The position numbers and the translations under genes were made by a program. DNA of 64,000 bases from Candidatus Bathyarchaeota archaeon (lineage in GTDB: Archaea; Thermoproteota; Bathyarchaeia; Bathyarchaeales; Bathycorpusculaceae). The DNA lies in the NCBI GenBank assembly GCA_003165195.1, contig PLSP01000042.1, positions 28 to 64,027 on the forward strand, in the 5' to 3' direction. This document shows positions 20,099-30,299 of the stretch, piece after piece (position 1 is the first letter of the stretch; the number at the start of each line of letters is the position of its first letter). The notes under the pieces are model-generated. The model searched no databases. It worked only from the letters and a program-made list of their open reading frames with translations, and was not told the DNA's origin.

Positions 20099-20589
20099 TT
20101 GCTGTCTCCTTTGAATTGAGTTTTTCGCTCCGTTGGTCGGAACGCATACTCATCTCTATCTGTAGCCTTTGAGGAATTTAAAACCCAATTTGAATTTTCA
20201 TGTGAAAATCTTAACTCTGAGCTTAAGGATTCCAGCATGAGTATGTCTGATTTTAGCAAGACCAATCCGGATGCTTTTGGGTCGCCTCCGCTAAGAGTTG
20301 GAGGACCCGCATCTCTATCCCAAGAAAAAACGATGTACTCTTCGCAGTCATAGATCAACCAGCCAACAGCTTCCCTCATTTGAGGTTTCATCGCTAATGC
20401 TGATGTCCGATTATAGATAACATGATCAAGATATCGAACAAAAATTAGGTTCTTAAGATGTTGAGGTGGGTGTAGGGGGCTGGTGTTTGCAGAGCCTTGG
20501 GCAGGTTCTGACTTACAATTGCAGGGACTGGACTGAGAGCTCATTAAGCTACTTTCAATTGAATTTGCCTCTGCAGTAAGTCCAACCAT
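20095..20589 (-). CDS. Hypothetical viral protein
   Basis: ATGA overlap with int; VRYLDHV..EAVGWL..E.I.FSWD beta-rich core. Confidence 0.65.
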   Translation of the reverse strand: MVGLTAEANSIESSLMSSQSSPCNCKSEPAQGSANTSPLHPPQHLKNLIFVRYLDHVIYNRTSALAMKPQMREAVGWLIYDCEEYIVFSWDRDAGPPTLSGGDPKASGLVLLKSDILMLESLSSELRFSHENSNWVLNSSKATDRDEYAFRPTERKTQFKGDSK

Positions 20590-20612
20590 TCCCTCCCACC
20601 CCTCACATGCGC

Positions 20613-20942
20613 TTACGCTAAACTGACCGCGCTGGTCTTTGGCGGCTGTAAAAACAGGATAATTTTGCCCTGCACTGAGCGTTTGAATAGTCCAGGATGT
20701 TCCTTCTTGAAGAGTTCTAAGGCGTCTTGGTTTTCAAACACCGGCGTGGAATACGCTTGTTGATTGTCCAAGTGCAGTTGGCAAAAGGGCACGCCAATTT
20801 TATTTGTGCCGTCAGCCATGAAGACGTAGCTTGTGACTCCTGCAGATGGTTTGCCACATACGAGGCAGGGTTTTCGCCGTTTCTTGTAGGGCGCCTTTTC
20901 AACCTTAAGCTCAGTCGCGGGTTCTTCTAAAACGCAAGTCAT
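20613..20942 (-). CDS. Small Zn-finger viral protein
   Basis: CLVC...CQLH motif. Confidence 0.65.
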   Translation of the reverse strand: MTCVLEEPATELKVEKAPYKKRRKPCLVCGKPSAGVTSYVFMADGTNKIGVPFCQLHLDNQQAYSTPVFENQDALELFKKEHPGLFKRSVQGKIILFLQPPKTSAVSLA

Positions 20943-20956
20943 GGGTTTAGCCTCGC

Positions 20957-21244
20957 TTATCTGAAGAACTCTTCGTCTCGCAGATGCTCACTTATCTGGA
21001 TGTAGCGGTGTTTTTTGCAGAAATCAAGAATACTCAAAAGCCCAGGATCATCGCCTGCTTTGAACTCCTTCTTGTATCCGATCCGACCTGTTTGGACTCT
21101 AATTTCTATGGTTCCATCGTTGCCAAGGATTTGGTAGAAACCAAGTTTTTCCCCAGCATATTCCGCGAGGACATCCCAGTCCTCAATTAAATTTACCAAT
21201 TTGTTGTCACCTTCCATGACTTGCAGGCTGAACATAAGAACCAT
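20957..21244 (-). CDS. Hypothetical viral protein
   Basis: Co-oriented in the int operon; start uncertain. Confidence 0.6.
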   Translation of the reverse strand: MVLMFSLQVMEGDNKLVNLIEDWDVLAEYAGEKLGFYQILGNDGTIEIRVQTGRIGYKKEFKAGDDPGLLSILDFCKKHRYIQISEHLRDEEFFR

Positions 21245-21298
21245 CTATCGTCACAAAGGGATCATCCCTTTGCAAGCCTCACAAAGTTACATATCCGC

Positions 21299-21685
21299 TT
21301 AACGTAACGTCCTAAGTGCCTCGACCAGTTTCCTGAGTTCGTCCTTGGACGAGATCTTAAGTGAAACGTTGAAGTCTTTTTTGCTCAGCTCTAAGGCTGC
21401 TTCAGCATTATCGCCTAATTTGTAGAGTGGCTGTTTAAAATGAGCCTTTGCAAGTTTAGTTCCAGTCACTTCTAACCAGCGCTGTTCATAGAGCGCTTTC
21501 ATCCTTCTATCAACATTTTGCCGATTCACATGCCTAAAACCTTTGATAGATCTAATTTCCTTATAGGTCTCATAACTCGTAAGCAAGCCTTTGCATAGAA
21601 GAACAAGGAATATAATGCGGTTTAGCTTGGCCTGTTTGCCACTAAACACCTCAAGCTTTATACCGCCGCTTATGCTCTCCGCCAC
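21299..21685 (-). CDS. Winged-helix DNA-binding protein (candidate viral regulator)
   Basis: LNRIIF.VL..KGLLTSYE.YKEI...NVDRRMKALYEQRWLEV helix-wing pattern. Confidence 0.65.
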   Translation of the reverse strand: MAESISGGIKLEVFSGKQAKLNRIIFLVLLCKGLLTSYETYKEIRSIKGFRHVNRQNVDRRMKALYEQRWLEVTGTKLAKAHFKQPLYKLGDNAEAALELSKKDFNVSLKISSKDELRKLVEALRTLR

Positions 21686-21776
21686 TTAGGCTATACCCCT
21701 CTGGTCTTAAAGGAGGTCTGAAGAGCTGGCAGTTTATCACGTTAGCTCAAACAAAAACCGTTGCTATGCCTGGGGC

Positions 21777-21969
21777 AAAATGTCTCTAGACTAGAAATGC
21801 CTTAGGCAAATTCAGCCGTCAAAGCTATGTAGCCAAACTTGACAGTTTTGTGTAAAAAATAGGTTATTACTGCTCTCTAAGGGGGTTGTTAGGCTGTATT
21901 TTTACGAGGATCATTTTTGATATTTCTAGACTAGAGACATTTTATCGAGCACATTTCTAGACTAGAAAT
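21777..21969. promoter_or_regulatory. Three TCTAG-A-CTAGA palindromes (candidate operators)
   Basis: Copies at 21785-21795, 21925-21935 and 21956-21966; 21777-21798 and 21922-21943 form a 22-bp inverted repeat with 1 mismatch. Confidence 0.7.
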
Positions 21970-22022
21970 TAAATTAAAACGAAGAAATTCAAGTGCCGTG
22001 GGCGAATGTAAAATTTGCGTGG

Positions 22023-22223
22023 CTAGGGCTGTTGATTGTCGATGAGCATGATATAGGTGATGTTGCCTTCTCTGCTTGCTTTAATCTCAAGTTGATGGCA
22101 ACGTAGGCATCTTAGAAATTCATGAAGCTCTTTAGGAAACCGCATACAAACCTCTTCATATTCCTTATCACCGTACTTTCCACGGTTCTTCACAACATAG
22201 AATCCGATCTTCGCCATGTCCAA
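22023..22223 (-). CDS. Small viral protein, possibly AbrB-like DNA binding
   Basis: 66 aa; KEYEEVCMRFPKELH pattern; co-oriented with the int operon. Confidence 0.55.
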   Translation of the reverse strand: MDMAKIGFYVVKNRGKYGDKEYEEVCMRFPKELHEFLRCLRCHQLEIKASREGNITYIMLIDNQQP

Positions 22224-22870
22224 CCCTTCCCATATACGCCGTTAAGCCTCCACAGAGTTCGAATATGCCTTATTCAGAAAAGAACAAGCTATGGTTTTTT
22301 GGCTTGGATTCTGGATTGCCACGTTCAGGTTCCCGATGTAATGAGACCTAACAATTTTTTGAGCCCCTTGACAAAGATTGAAGCTGAAATGTTATGGAAC
22401 GTTAAATCCGCTGGGAGGACTTCCTTTGTTGCCAGTACTATTGTTTTTTTAATACGCATCACCTGGGGCTTCTACATATGAGCTAAACCGTTTAAAAAGC
22501 AAGTGAACAAACTACGCTATGCAGCAGTAGAGGGTTGGGTGAAAGTGACCTCGAAGCGGAACCCAAAAAAAGTAAACGCTAACTCGTTGAATACTCAATT
22601 TTGAAAAATTTAGATGAAAAAAGTTTGATGGCACGCCTGGGCTTGACGAGCCATGATTAAGGGTTGCATGCTTGTTTTCGGGAGAAGGGATTCTGATTGG
22701 GGATTTAATTTTTAGGGGGCATTGCAAACCCTTAACCGTTTGAACATCAACAGAGACAGCATAAAAAGTTTTTCCCAATACCGGTTAGTTTTCTTTTTCA
22801 GGCGTTAACATAACAGCGTTCTAAAATATAGATTTAATAGCAAACACAATAACAACTAATTAAGATTAAA

Positions 22871-23110
22871 ATGGAATACATTCAAAAAATACCTTTCATT
22901 TCTGCGTTTGTGTTTGGAGTACTTGCGGTACCATTAACTATCCTTGCCTTATCTGATTTCACATCATCGGACGCAAAAAATCAGGCAGTTGGATTACAAA
23001 ATTTCACTGGATTGGATTATTATTCTTTGTCTCTTGTTTACTTAGGAGTTGTGCCCGCGCCTTGTGGTTATGGCTACAAGGCACCTTTAATAATTAACTT
23101 AAGACGTTAG
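22871..23110 (+). CDS. Small hydrophobic protein
   Basis: N-terminal TM; may be a fragment. Confidence 0.35.
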   Translation: MEYIQKIPFISAFVFGVLAVPLTILALSDFTSSDAKNQAVGLQNFTGLDYYSLSLVYLGVVPAPCGYGYKAPLIINLRR

Positions 23111-23282
23111 TTCTAAATCCTTTGAGGTGCTAACAAATGATCGAATGTAATTTACCGGTTTTTTACCAACCTAAGCGACAACTAGTTAAGCTGCTGTCTA
23201 GATTACCTGCCGCCTCTTTCTTTATTACTTCACTATTTATATATCAAGTTTCAATGGATAAAATATAGAAGCCGGGTTCAAT

Positions 23283-23567
23283 GTGAAGTTCCAAAAGAAG
23301 CTAATGATCTTTTCAGTTATTGCTGGGTTAACTATCGTGTTTTTATTAACTGCGGCTAGTCTTTATCTCCCGCCTTCATCAACTGCCGTTTCATCGCCTT
23401 CATCAACCTATCCACCTATTCCTACGACTTCGCCTATTGCTAACAAAGAAGGTAATTTCTTTATGGTTTTTCTTTTAAGCGCTATTGCGCTTTTAGTTTT
23501 AGTAATTGCTTTGGTTTTATTCAGAGTAAGGATAGGAAATGAAAATAACGCCTCTCAAAGTGAATGA
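23283..23567 (+). CDS. Small 2-TM protein with Ser/Pro/Thr linker
   Basis: Signal or TM, S/P/T-rich segment, C-terminal TM. Confidence 0.6.
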   Translation: MKFQKKLMIFSVIAGLTIVFLLTAASLYLPPSSTAVSSPSSTYPPIPTTSPIANKEGNFFMVFLLSAIALLVLVIALVLFRVRIGNENNASQSE

Positions 23568-23625
23568 GGGCAGAAATAAGTCTCAAGTTAAGGCAATGAC
23601 GAAAAATGCTCTGTTGCGCAATATC

Positions 23626-24048
23626 TCAGAGACTTCCCTTTCTCCAAATTTTAAACGTTTCATAACAAAAAGCTAATGCAGATCCGCCAAGCATAATCGT
23701 AAGAAAGAAATAGCTCCGCGTTAAAATCGGAGGCCGCAGGATAACAACCTCAACTATTAAAGTAGCCACTAAAATGATTGAGTAAAACAAGAATCTTGGA
23801 ATTAAATAACGATTAATCCTAATACAATCCTCTAGAACAACTTTATTCACTACGTAGTTTCCTTTTTCATTCTTTGCCAGTCCCAGTTCTTCTAGTTTTG
23901 TTAGATGATATATCGCTATAGAAGGACTGCTTAGATTCAGGGCTCTCTGTACCTCTCGAGGCCCAATAGGATTTTGCGCTGTTAGAAGAAGACGATACAC
24001 CCTAAGGGTAGTTCCTTTCGGTGCATCAATTGATCTTTCGGAAGTCAA
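23626..24048 (-). CDS. Membrane-anchored winged-helix regulator
   Basis: GTTLRVYRLL..PIGPREVQRALNLSSPSIA.YHL.KL plus two C-terminal TMs. Confidence 0.8.
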   Translation of the reverse strand: MTSERSIDAPKGTTLRVYRLLLTAQNPIGPREVQRALNLSSPSIAIYHLTKLEELGLAKNEKGNYVVNKVVLEDCIRINRYLIPRFLFYSIILVATLIVEVVILRPPILTRSYFFLTIMLGGSALAFCYETFKIWRKGSL

Positions 24049-24286
24049 TCCTCCCTCCTATGTCATTTAGAAGAAGCAATTCTGGCAATTAAAGGTACTC
24101 TGATTAAACGAATGAAATGTTGCAGGACTTTGGCTAATGTTAATCCTGTCGAATAGTTTAGGGCGTTAGTTGTTTGGCTTATAGCATTGATTGATCTACA
24201 GTTTAGAACGCTCATTAGAAAATGTAGAATTAAATCTATCAGCTCCCTTAAGAGGAAAACGATCACTTAAACCGGGAGGTGATAAT

Positions 24287-25276
24287 ATGAAAAGAAAAAT
24301 GACAAATTATCTTGCCCCAATCATTATTACTGTACTAGCTTTAATGTTCGTATCTAATATTTCGGTTCATGCTCAAACTTCAACTCAGTCAACAGGGCAA
24401 TGGCAACCACCAGCTAATTTTGTTAACCCAGTAACCGCTAAAGTTGACGAATACAAAGCGATGAACATGTCAGACGATCAAATAACGGCAGCATTGACAG
24501 CGCAAGGAATGGGCTGGGATCCAATAACTGGTGCGGCATGGATGGGTGTTTTAATCGCACCAAACGAAACAAATGCGCCTCAGGTTGTGGATCCTTTCGC
24601 AGAGAACGTAACTGCGCCTGTATCTTCGCAAACGAGCAGCGCATCTCCTCAAACCAATGTAGAAGCAGATGTGTTGATGGGAAGCAGTAACAACTATATG
24701 GGCTTCGGAGCTGACATGTCTTGTGGCAGCGTAGCAACTTCAAGCACAGGAACAAATACTCATTACGTAACAACACACATCGGAAAAGCATACAGCGATG
24801 GCACTCCATGCTGGACTGAAGTAGGTGTCTGTAATTATGATGGCGGTCTATGGTTCTACACCTATGAAGGAAATACTCCTGTTCCAGGCGAATCAGGCTG
24901 GCAATACATAAGCGCAATTAACAGCGAGACTTACCAAAACGCCTGTTGCATTCAACTGAACGGTGTTCAAGACCAATACGGATGGCAATACAATATCTAT
25001 ATAAATGAACAGTGGGAACGTTCTGGTCACCTTCAAGCCCAACTTAATAGCGTGAACTTTGCGGACGAAATATTCTCTACAACAGGCAGTTACACTATTG
25101 ACAGCATTAATGCCCACTGGGTCAACAGCGAATTATATTCCAATGGTGTTTGGAGTGATTGGAACTCAGGTGCTAGTTTCCAAAACTCAGGAAACAATCC
25201 AATGCCATTATCATATGATGACTACATCTATTCAAATTGTTATGTGTACGATGCATGGACAAGCCAGACTACATAA
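24287..25276 (+). CDS. Secreted protein, possible neprosin-like glutamic peptidase
   Basis: GGAGGTGA RBS, signal peptide, pro-region; WTEVG and VNFADEI recall neprosin IEAG and VEWGGEV motifs (family call tentative). Confidence 0.6.
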   Translation: MKRKMTNYLAPIIITVLALMFVSNISVHAQTSTQSTGQWQPPANFVNPVTAKVDEYKAMNMSDDQITAALTAQGMGWDPITGAAWMGVLIAPNETNAPQVVDPFAENVTAPVSSQTSSASPQTNVEADVLMGSSNNYMGFGADMSCGSVATSSTGTNTHYVTTHIGKAYSDGTPCWTEVGVCNYDGGLWFYTYEGNTPVPGESGWQYISAINSETYQNACCIQLNGVQDQYGWQYNIYINEQWERSGHLQAQLNSVNFADEIFSTTGSYTIDSINAHWVNSELYSNGVWSDWNSGASFQNSGNNPMPLSYDDYIYSNCYVYDAWTSQTT

Positions 25277-25319
25277 TCATTTAACGCATCTCTATGCCCA
25301 ACAATCCTTTTTTTAAATC

Positions 25320-25913
25320 TTGAAAATAGCCAAAAACATCGAGGAAATCGAAAAAATGAATAAAAGAAGCAGAAAATCATACTCATTCATGAAATCGAAA
25401 AGTCGAGTGAAAATTGCAGCGGGAATAATTATTATTGTAACAGCTGTGACAATCCTGTCAATTTTTGTGGTGATAAATCTCGCGCAGAAACCTTCACAGG
25501 AGGTTTTAAAAAGTAACGCTAAGCTAAACAATGCGGGTTACCTTGGAGGGTCTAAACTTTTCTTGGTTTCTGCCAATGCAGCCTATGGGGTGCATGGTGG
25601 GCAAGCGTGCTTTATAATTACTGCTACCATGAGAAATGATTATACTGAGCAGCAACCACCGCCGATGGATAACTCTACCGTTAACAGTTCGGGAACAGCA
25701 TATTTTGGCTTGACAGCTACACTCTATTGCAACAACGCTCAAATTTCGGCAAATGATATAACATGCCCTGGATCAGTGCCTTTGGGTGTCCCTCAAATTG
25801 CCTTAGCCAGTGGTCAAACCACCACGGTGGAGATAGACATGGCAACTTCTGACCGCAATATTAGCAGCTACGCCATAGATCCTATTGCTGTAGAAGGATA
25901 TCCCATACCTTGA
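25320..25913 (+). CDS. Membrane-anchored extracellular beta-rich protein
   Basis: Basic N-terminus, TM, Thr/Ser/Asn-rich domain; start uncertain. Confidence 0.65.
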   Translation: MKIAKNIEEIEKMNKRSRKSYSFMKSKSRVKIAAGIIIIVTAVTILSIFVVINLAQKPSQEVLKSNAKLNNAGYLGGSKLFLVSANAAYGVHGGQACFIITATMRNDYTEQQPPPMDNSTVNSSGTAYFGLTATLYCNNAQISANDITCPGSVPLGVPQIALASGQTTTVEIDMATSDRNISSYAIDPIAVEGYPIP

Positions 25914-26507
25914 GCAATAGCATTAACCAAAAGAGAATACCCTTCGCTTCTTTTCCTGTCAAATTTTAAGACTTCATTAATGTTTCGATATTCGTGAAGA
26001 AAATGTTCGCTTAAAAACGAGAAAGCAAAGGCTGTTGTCATCGAGGATAGAAAACTGATAATCTCCAAAATCAAAGCGTATTACTTAAGAATCCCTTATT
26101 CAATTAAAATTGCGATCAGCATAGCATTGATCGTTAAATTATTAGTTTTTTCCATAGGCTATATTGCAGCATACTCAGCCGCGTTGACCCACGGGTATGG
26201 GCATTCTAGATAAAATTTCCATCAGAGTGCTTTTTTTGAATATAATTCCACAGACAAATCGAATTTTACAGCAACACGATCTTTTGACAATTTTCTCAAA
26301 GCCAAATGTCATTAAATTTTTTATTCTAAATTTTAGACAACTGTTCTAAAGTGTAGACATAACTACCACTTACCTCATTAATGTTTGAGTGTGAGGGTAT
26401 GAAAAAGACTGACTTAGTCAGGACAACTCGTCACTCTGTTCTCGCATCTATCAGTATGATCGCTGAATTGCTTTTAGTGCTACATAAAACGCATAGGCGG
26501 AGTCTTC

Positions 26508-26855
26508 ATGAATAAGACGGAAGGAGTCCCCTATGAAACTGCAGTTTTAATTTTGCTTACTCTTTCTAGAGGTGCTGAGTCAAGAAAAAAGATTTTAATT
26601 GCATTGCTTCCCGGCCGCAAAAACTGTAATCAATTATCGAGAGAAACAGGTTTGGATTGGTGGACTGTAAAGAAACACCTTCTTAGTCTAATGAAAGAAA
26701 ACCTGATTAAAAGTTCAACTTTTGGAAGCGCTAAATTTTATGAACTTAGCCACGTAGGAGACGAGATTATAAGAGCCCTCCAATCAAGCAACGGAAAGAA
26801 TGACCTCAAACTTCAAGGTGACCAAACATGCGTCAGAAAGGAGCAAGTTTTATGA
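26508..26855 (+). CDS. ArsR-like winged-helix regulator
   Basis: SRGAESRKKIL.AL...KNCNQLSRETGLDWWTVKKHL. Confidence 0.75.
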   Translation: MNKTEGVPYETAVLILLTLSRGAESRKKILIALLPGRKNCNQLSRETGLDWWTVKKHLLSLMKENLIKSSTFGSAKFYELSHVGDEIIRALQSSNGKNDLKLQGDQTCVRKEQVL

Positions 26856-26898
26856 GCGCTAACACTTACTGCAGTGCATGTAGTCAGGAGAGGAAAAC

Positions 26899-28248
26899 AT
26901 GGGAATCTTGACAAGGGCAACCAAAAACCTATCCCGAAGAAAAACCAGGGCCCTGATAGTAATAATCGCATTAACCCTTGCCTTAACAATGCTAATCATC
27001 CTCCCCCCAAGCATCAATGCAAGAGAAGCCCTGACACGACAAGCATTTAATGCTTTAATATCTACTGACAGCAACCTTAATTCGACTCTAACTTTGTCAG
27101 CAACCGAAATACAGTGCGACTATCCGCCGTTTTTCAACAGCTCGATGATCGGTAGTTCGGACACCTCGAATATTCTTACACAATCATTTATGAACGATTC
27201 ATTATACTATAATATTTCCTTAATCCCAGATGTTACCCATGTTATACCAATACTTGATGTGTGGGCGGTTACCGATGGGTCGTATGAAATTTACGGTGTA
27301 CCAGTAGAAAACGCTTCTTTTCAATTGGACCCGACAATTCTGCCCGCTAACATAACTGAGGGACGAAACTTGCAGGTCGGTGACAGCGGCGTTGTTGTTT
27401 TGGATGAGCAAACCGCAAAGAATTTCAGTGTAAGCGTCGGTGGAACCATTACGCTTTCAGGGCGTAACTTTACGGTCGTAGGCATCGAAGGCAGTGAGTT
27501 ACCACAGGCTACGCATGGCATTACCATGAGTCTAGCTGACGCCCAAGCCATCACCAACATGACTGGTCAAGCGTCGACATACAAAATATTTGTTGACAAC
27601 ATCGACAACGTAAATACAGTCGTAACGCGAATTAGCAACTTAGATCCTAAGCTGCAAGTTTTAGCTGGTCTATCTCAGCTAAACGTGGCTGAACCTTTGC
27701 AAAACCAAATCACCGAACTAACACAAGCTGCCCAAAACAACCTGAATCAAATCCAAGATACCGGATTACTCGAAATAACTGTCGCCGTCGTCGCAGACGC
27801 TGCTATAATACTGTTCATTATGCTTTACAGTGTTCGGGAAAGAACCCGAGAGATTGGAACACTTAAATCTATGGGCGCTGGCAACGCAACGATTCTTGCA
27901 CAGTTTATGTTTGAAGGCGTGCTGCTAAGCCTCATCGCCGCTGTAATAGCCATAGGAATGGGTGTTTTTGTTGTACCAGCACTATCCAGCCTGCTGCTGC
28001 CAACCCCAGTGCAAACTGCGGTCGGTATGTCGCAGCTTCCAAACGGAACCATAGTTCTGACTAGAATAACTGAGGGACCAAAGCCCTTTCTCACTGGCAA
28101 TGGATCCAACGTTATCTCTGCTCCTATAACTCCCGAAATCATGCTGCTCGGATTAGGCGCTGCCGTGTTGTTAGGTGCCTTAGGAAGTTTGTATCCTGCT
28201 TTGAAGGCAGCCCGAACCAATCCGGCGGAGGCAATGCGATATGAATGA
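26899..28248 (+). CDS. MacB/FtsX-type ABC permease 1 (provirus cargo)
   Basis: RERTREIGTLKSMG, YPALKAARTNPAEAMRYE. Confidence 0.92.
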   Translation: MGILTRATKNLSRRKTRALIVIIALTLALTMLIILPPSINAREALTRQAFNALISTDSNLNSTLTLSATEIQCDYPPFFNSSMIGSSDTSNILTQSFMNDSLYYNISLIPDVTHVIPILDVWAVTDGSYEIYGVPVENASFQLDPTILPANITEGRNLQVGDSGVVVLDEQTAKNFSVSVGGTITLSGRNFTVVGIEGSELPQATHGITMSLADAQAITNMTGQASTYKIFVDNIDNVNTVVTRISNLDPKLQVLAGLSQLNVAEPLQNQITELTQAAQNNLNQIQDTGLLEITVAVVADAAIILFIMLYSVRERTREIGTLKSMGAGNATILAQFMFEGVLLSLIAAVIAIGMGVFVVPALSSLLLPTPVQTAVGMSQLPNGTIVLTRITEGPKPFLTGNGSNVISAPITPEIMLLGLGAAVLLGALGSLYPALKAARTNPAEAMRYE

Positions 28249-28978
28249 TTTAGTGTTAAAAATTGAAAACTTGACGAAAATCTACAAATTGGGCAAACGA
28301 GAAGTACAACCCCTAACTAACCTCAGCCTCGAAGTGGAAAAGAGCGAGTTCACGGCAATCATGGGCCCATCTGGCAGCGGTAAAACCACGCTCCTTAACG
28401 TCATCGGCTGCATAGACAAGGCATCAAGCGGCAAAATACAAATCGACAACATAGACGTAACACGTCTGCCAGAATCAAAACTTTACAAAATACGCCGCGA
28501 CAAAATAGGCTTCATCTTCCAAAACTTCAACCTTATACCATATCTCAACGCTCGAGAAAATGTAGAGTTAGCCATGGAGCTCGCTGGCAAATTTCAAGGT
28601 CAAAGAGGAGAAAGAGCCAAAGAGTTCCTTGCCACAGTTGGCTTGTCGGGTCGTGAGCAACATAGCCCTCAACGCCTCAGCCAGGGTGAACAGCAGCGAG
28701 TTGCTATTGCCCGCGCCCTATCTAAGGATCCCGCAATAATTTTGGCTGATGAACCCACTGGAAACTTGGATGTAACAAACAAGAAGGAAATAGTGAAGCT
28801 GCTGGCAGACCTCAACCAAAAACAAGGCACAACCATCATAATGGTAACACATGACGAGCAAGTTGCAGCGCAGACTCAACGCATGCTGTATCTAAACGAC
28901 GGAAAAATAATCAAAGATAAGCAATCCCAAAAAGATGCCATTCTCGACAGCCCATCAAAATCAAAGGAGGCCTATTAA
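28241..28978 (+). CDS. ABC transporter ATP-binding protein (LolD/MacB type)
   Basis: GPSGSGKTT, LSQGEQQR, ILADEPTGN, VTHD. Confidence 0.95.
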   Translation: MNDLVLKIENLTKIYKLGKREVQPLTNLSLEVEKSEFTAIMGPSGSGKTTLLNVIGCIDKASSGKIQIDNIDVTRLPESKLYKIRRDKIGFIFQNFNLIPYLNARENVELAMELAGKFQGQRGERAKEFLATVGLSGREQHSPQRLSQGEQQRVAIARALSKDPAIILADEPTGNLDVTNKKEIVKLLADLNQKQGTTIIMVTHDEQVAAQTQRMLYLNDGKIIKDKQSQKDAILDSPSKSKEAY

Positions 28979-28980
28979 GA

Positions 28981-30294
28981 ATGAAGCGAGGAATGACAGG
29001 GACTTTAAGCGTTGGCTGCATTGTTTTCTTCGTTTTAATCTGTGCTTTCACATCCTTACCTCAGCCAGTTAAAGCTGCGAACGTGGCGACTGTGACTGTT
29101 GGAGGGGTTCCTTATGCCGTGGCTTTTACTCCCGATGGCAAATATGCATATGTTCCAAATTTTTCAGAAAATGTCTCCGTTATAGATACCGCTACAAACA
29201 AGGTAACAGCGGTAATACCTACACAAAACTGGCCTAACGGCATAGCTATAACGCCCGACGGAAAATACGCCTACGTTACAGACACAAATACGGGAACAAA
29301 CCAGGACGGCTTAGTTTCAGTGATAAGCACGGCATCTAACAAGGTGACAGCGACGATAACAGTTGGAGGCAACCCCAATCAGGGTGTGGCTATAACTCCC
29401 AACGGCGAATACGTCTACGTTACAAATGATGACGGTGCAGTTGAAGTGATAAGCACAGCAACCAACTCGGTAACGGCGAACATAACCATTGCGCCATTAA
29501 CTGCTACCACCACAATAGGGGGCGTATCTATGCCCAGCTCTAGTAGCTTACCTCAATCTGTAGCGATAACGCCCAATGGTGAATACGCTTATGTTGCGTG
29601 CGCCGATGGTGCGATTTCGGTGATAAATACCGCTACGAATACTGTAGCGGCAACGGTAACTCTTGAATATGGAGACAACCCTAACGCATTGGCTATAACC
29701 CCTAACGGCGAATACGCCTACGTAACAAATCAGGGCGGCAATATGACCACGGTTTTAGTGATAAGTACTGCTACGAACACCCTGACGGCGACAATTACTG
29801 GGTTTGACGGGCCTAGTGGTGTAGCTATAAAACCAGACGGAAAATACGTCTACGTTACAAATTACTTCAACGATTCAGTTTCGGTGATAAACACAGCCAC
29901 GAACACAGTGGATCAAACAGTAACTGTTGGATCAAGCCCTTATGGCATAGCCATAACGCCTAACGGTGAATATGCTTATGTTACAAATCTTGTCTCTGTT
30001 GCAACTCAAAGTCCTGTAGCCGATTGGGTCGGTACTGTTTCGGTGATTAGCACAGCTACAAACACGGCACCAACTGCTTCTTCGACCCCCGCAGTTCCAG
30101 AATTTCCTACCCAATCGTTAACAGTCGCGTTGCTTGTCTGTATCACAATAGTACTCGCCATAGTTATCATTGCAATGAAAAAAGCTGAAAAATCCAACTC
30201 GGCGAAAACAAGCCACGGAAAAAACAGCAACAGCAAAAACTCCACTGACCAACAAAGCAACATAATCTTTTCTATTTTTTTAATCAGAAGGTAA
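28981..30294 (+). CDS. YVTN beta-propeller surface protein with PEF-CTERM-like sorting signal
   Basis: About 7 repeats of P.G.AITPNG.YAYVTN; signal peptide; VPEFP followed by a TM and KK. Confidence 0.9.
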   Translation: MKRGMTGTLSVGCIVFFVLICAFTSLPQPVKAANVATVTVGGVPYAVAFTPDGKYAYVPNFSENVSVIDTATNKVTAVIPTQNWPNGIAITPDGKYAYVTDTNTGTNQDGLVSVISTASNKVTATITVGGNPNQGVAITPNGEYVYVTNDDGAVEVISTATNSVTANITIAPLTATTTIGGVSMPSSSSLPQSVAITPNGEYAYVACADGAISVINTATNTVAATVTLEYGDNPNALAITPNGEYAYVTNQGGNMTTVLVISTATNTLTATITGFDGPSGVAIKPDGKYVYVTNYFNDSVSVINTATNTVDQTVTVGSSPYGIAITPNGEYAYVTNLVSVATQSPVADWVGTVSVISTATNTAPTASSTPAVPEFPTQSLTVALLVCITIVLAIVIIAMKKAEKSNSAKTSHGKNSNSKNSTDQQSNIIFSIFLIRR

Positions 30295-30299
30295 AATAA

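Noticed and set aside
21777-21969. Mini-CRISPR or MITE
   Set aside because: Repeats are only 11-22 bp with irregular spacing, and I saw no target-site duplication; treated as operators
29080-30065. Periodic nucleotide repeats resembling an array
   Set aside because: Explained by YVTN propeller coding repeats; not CRISPR
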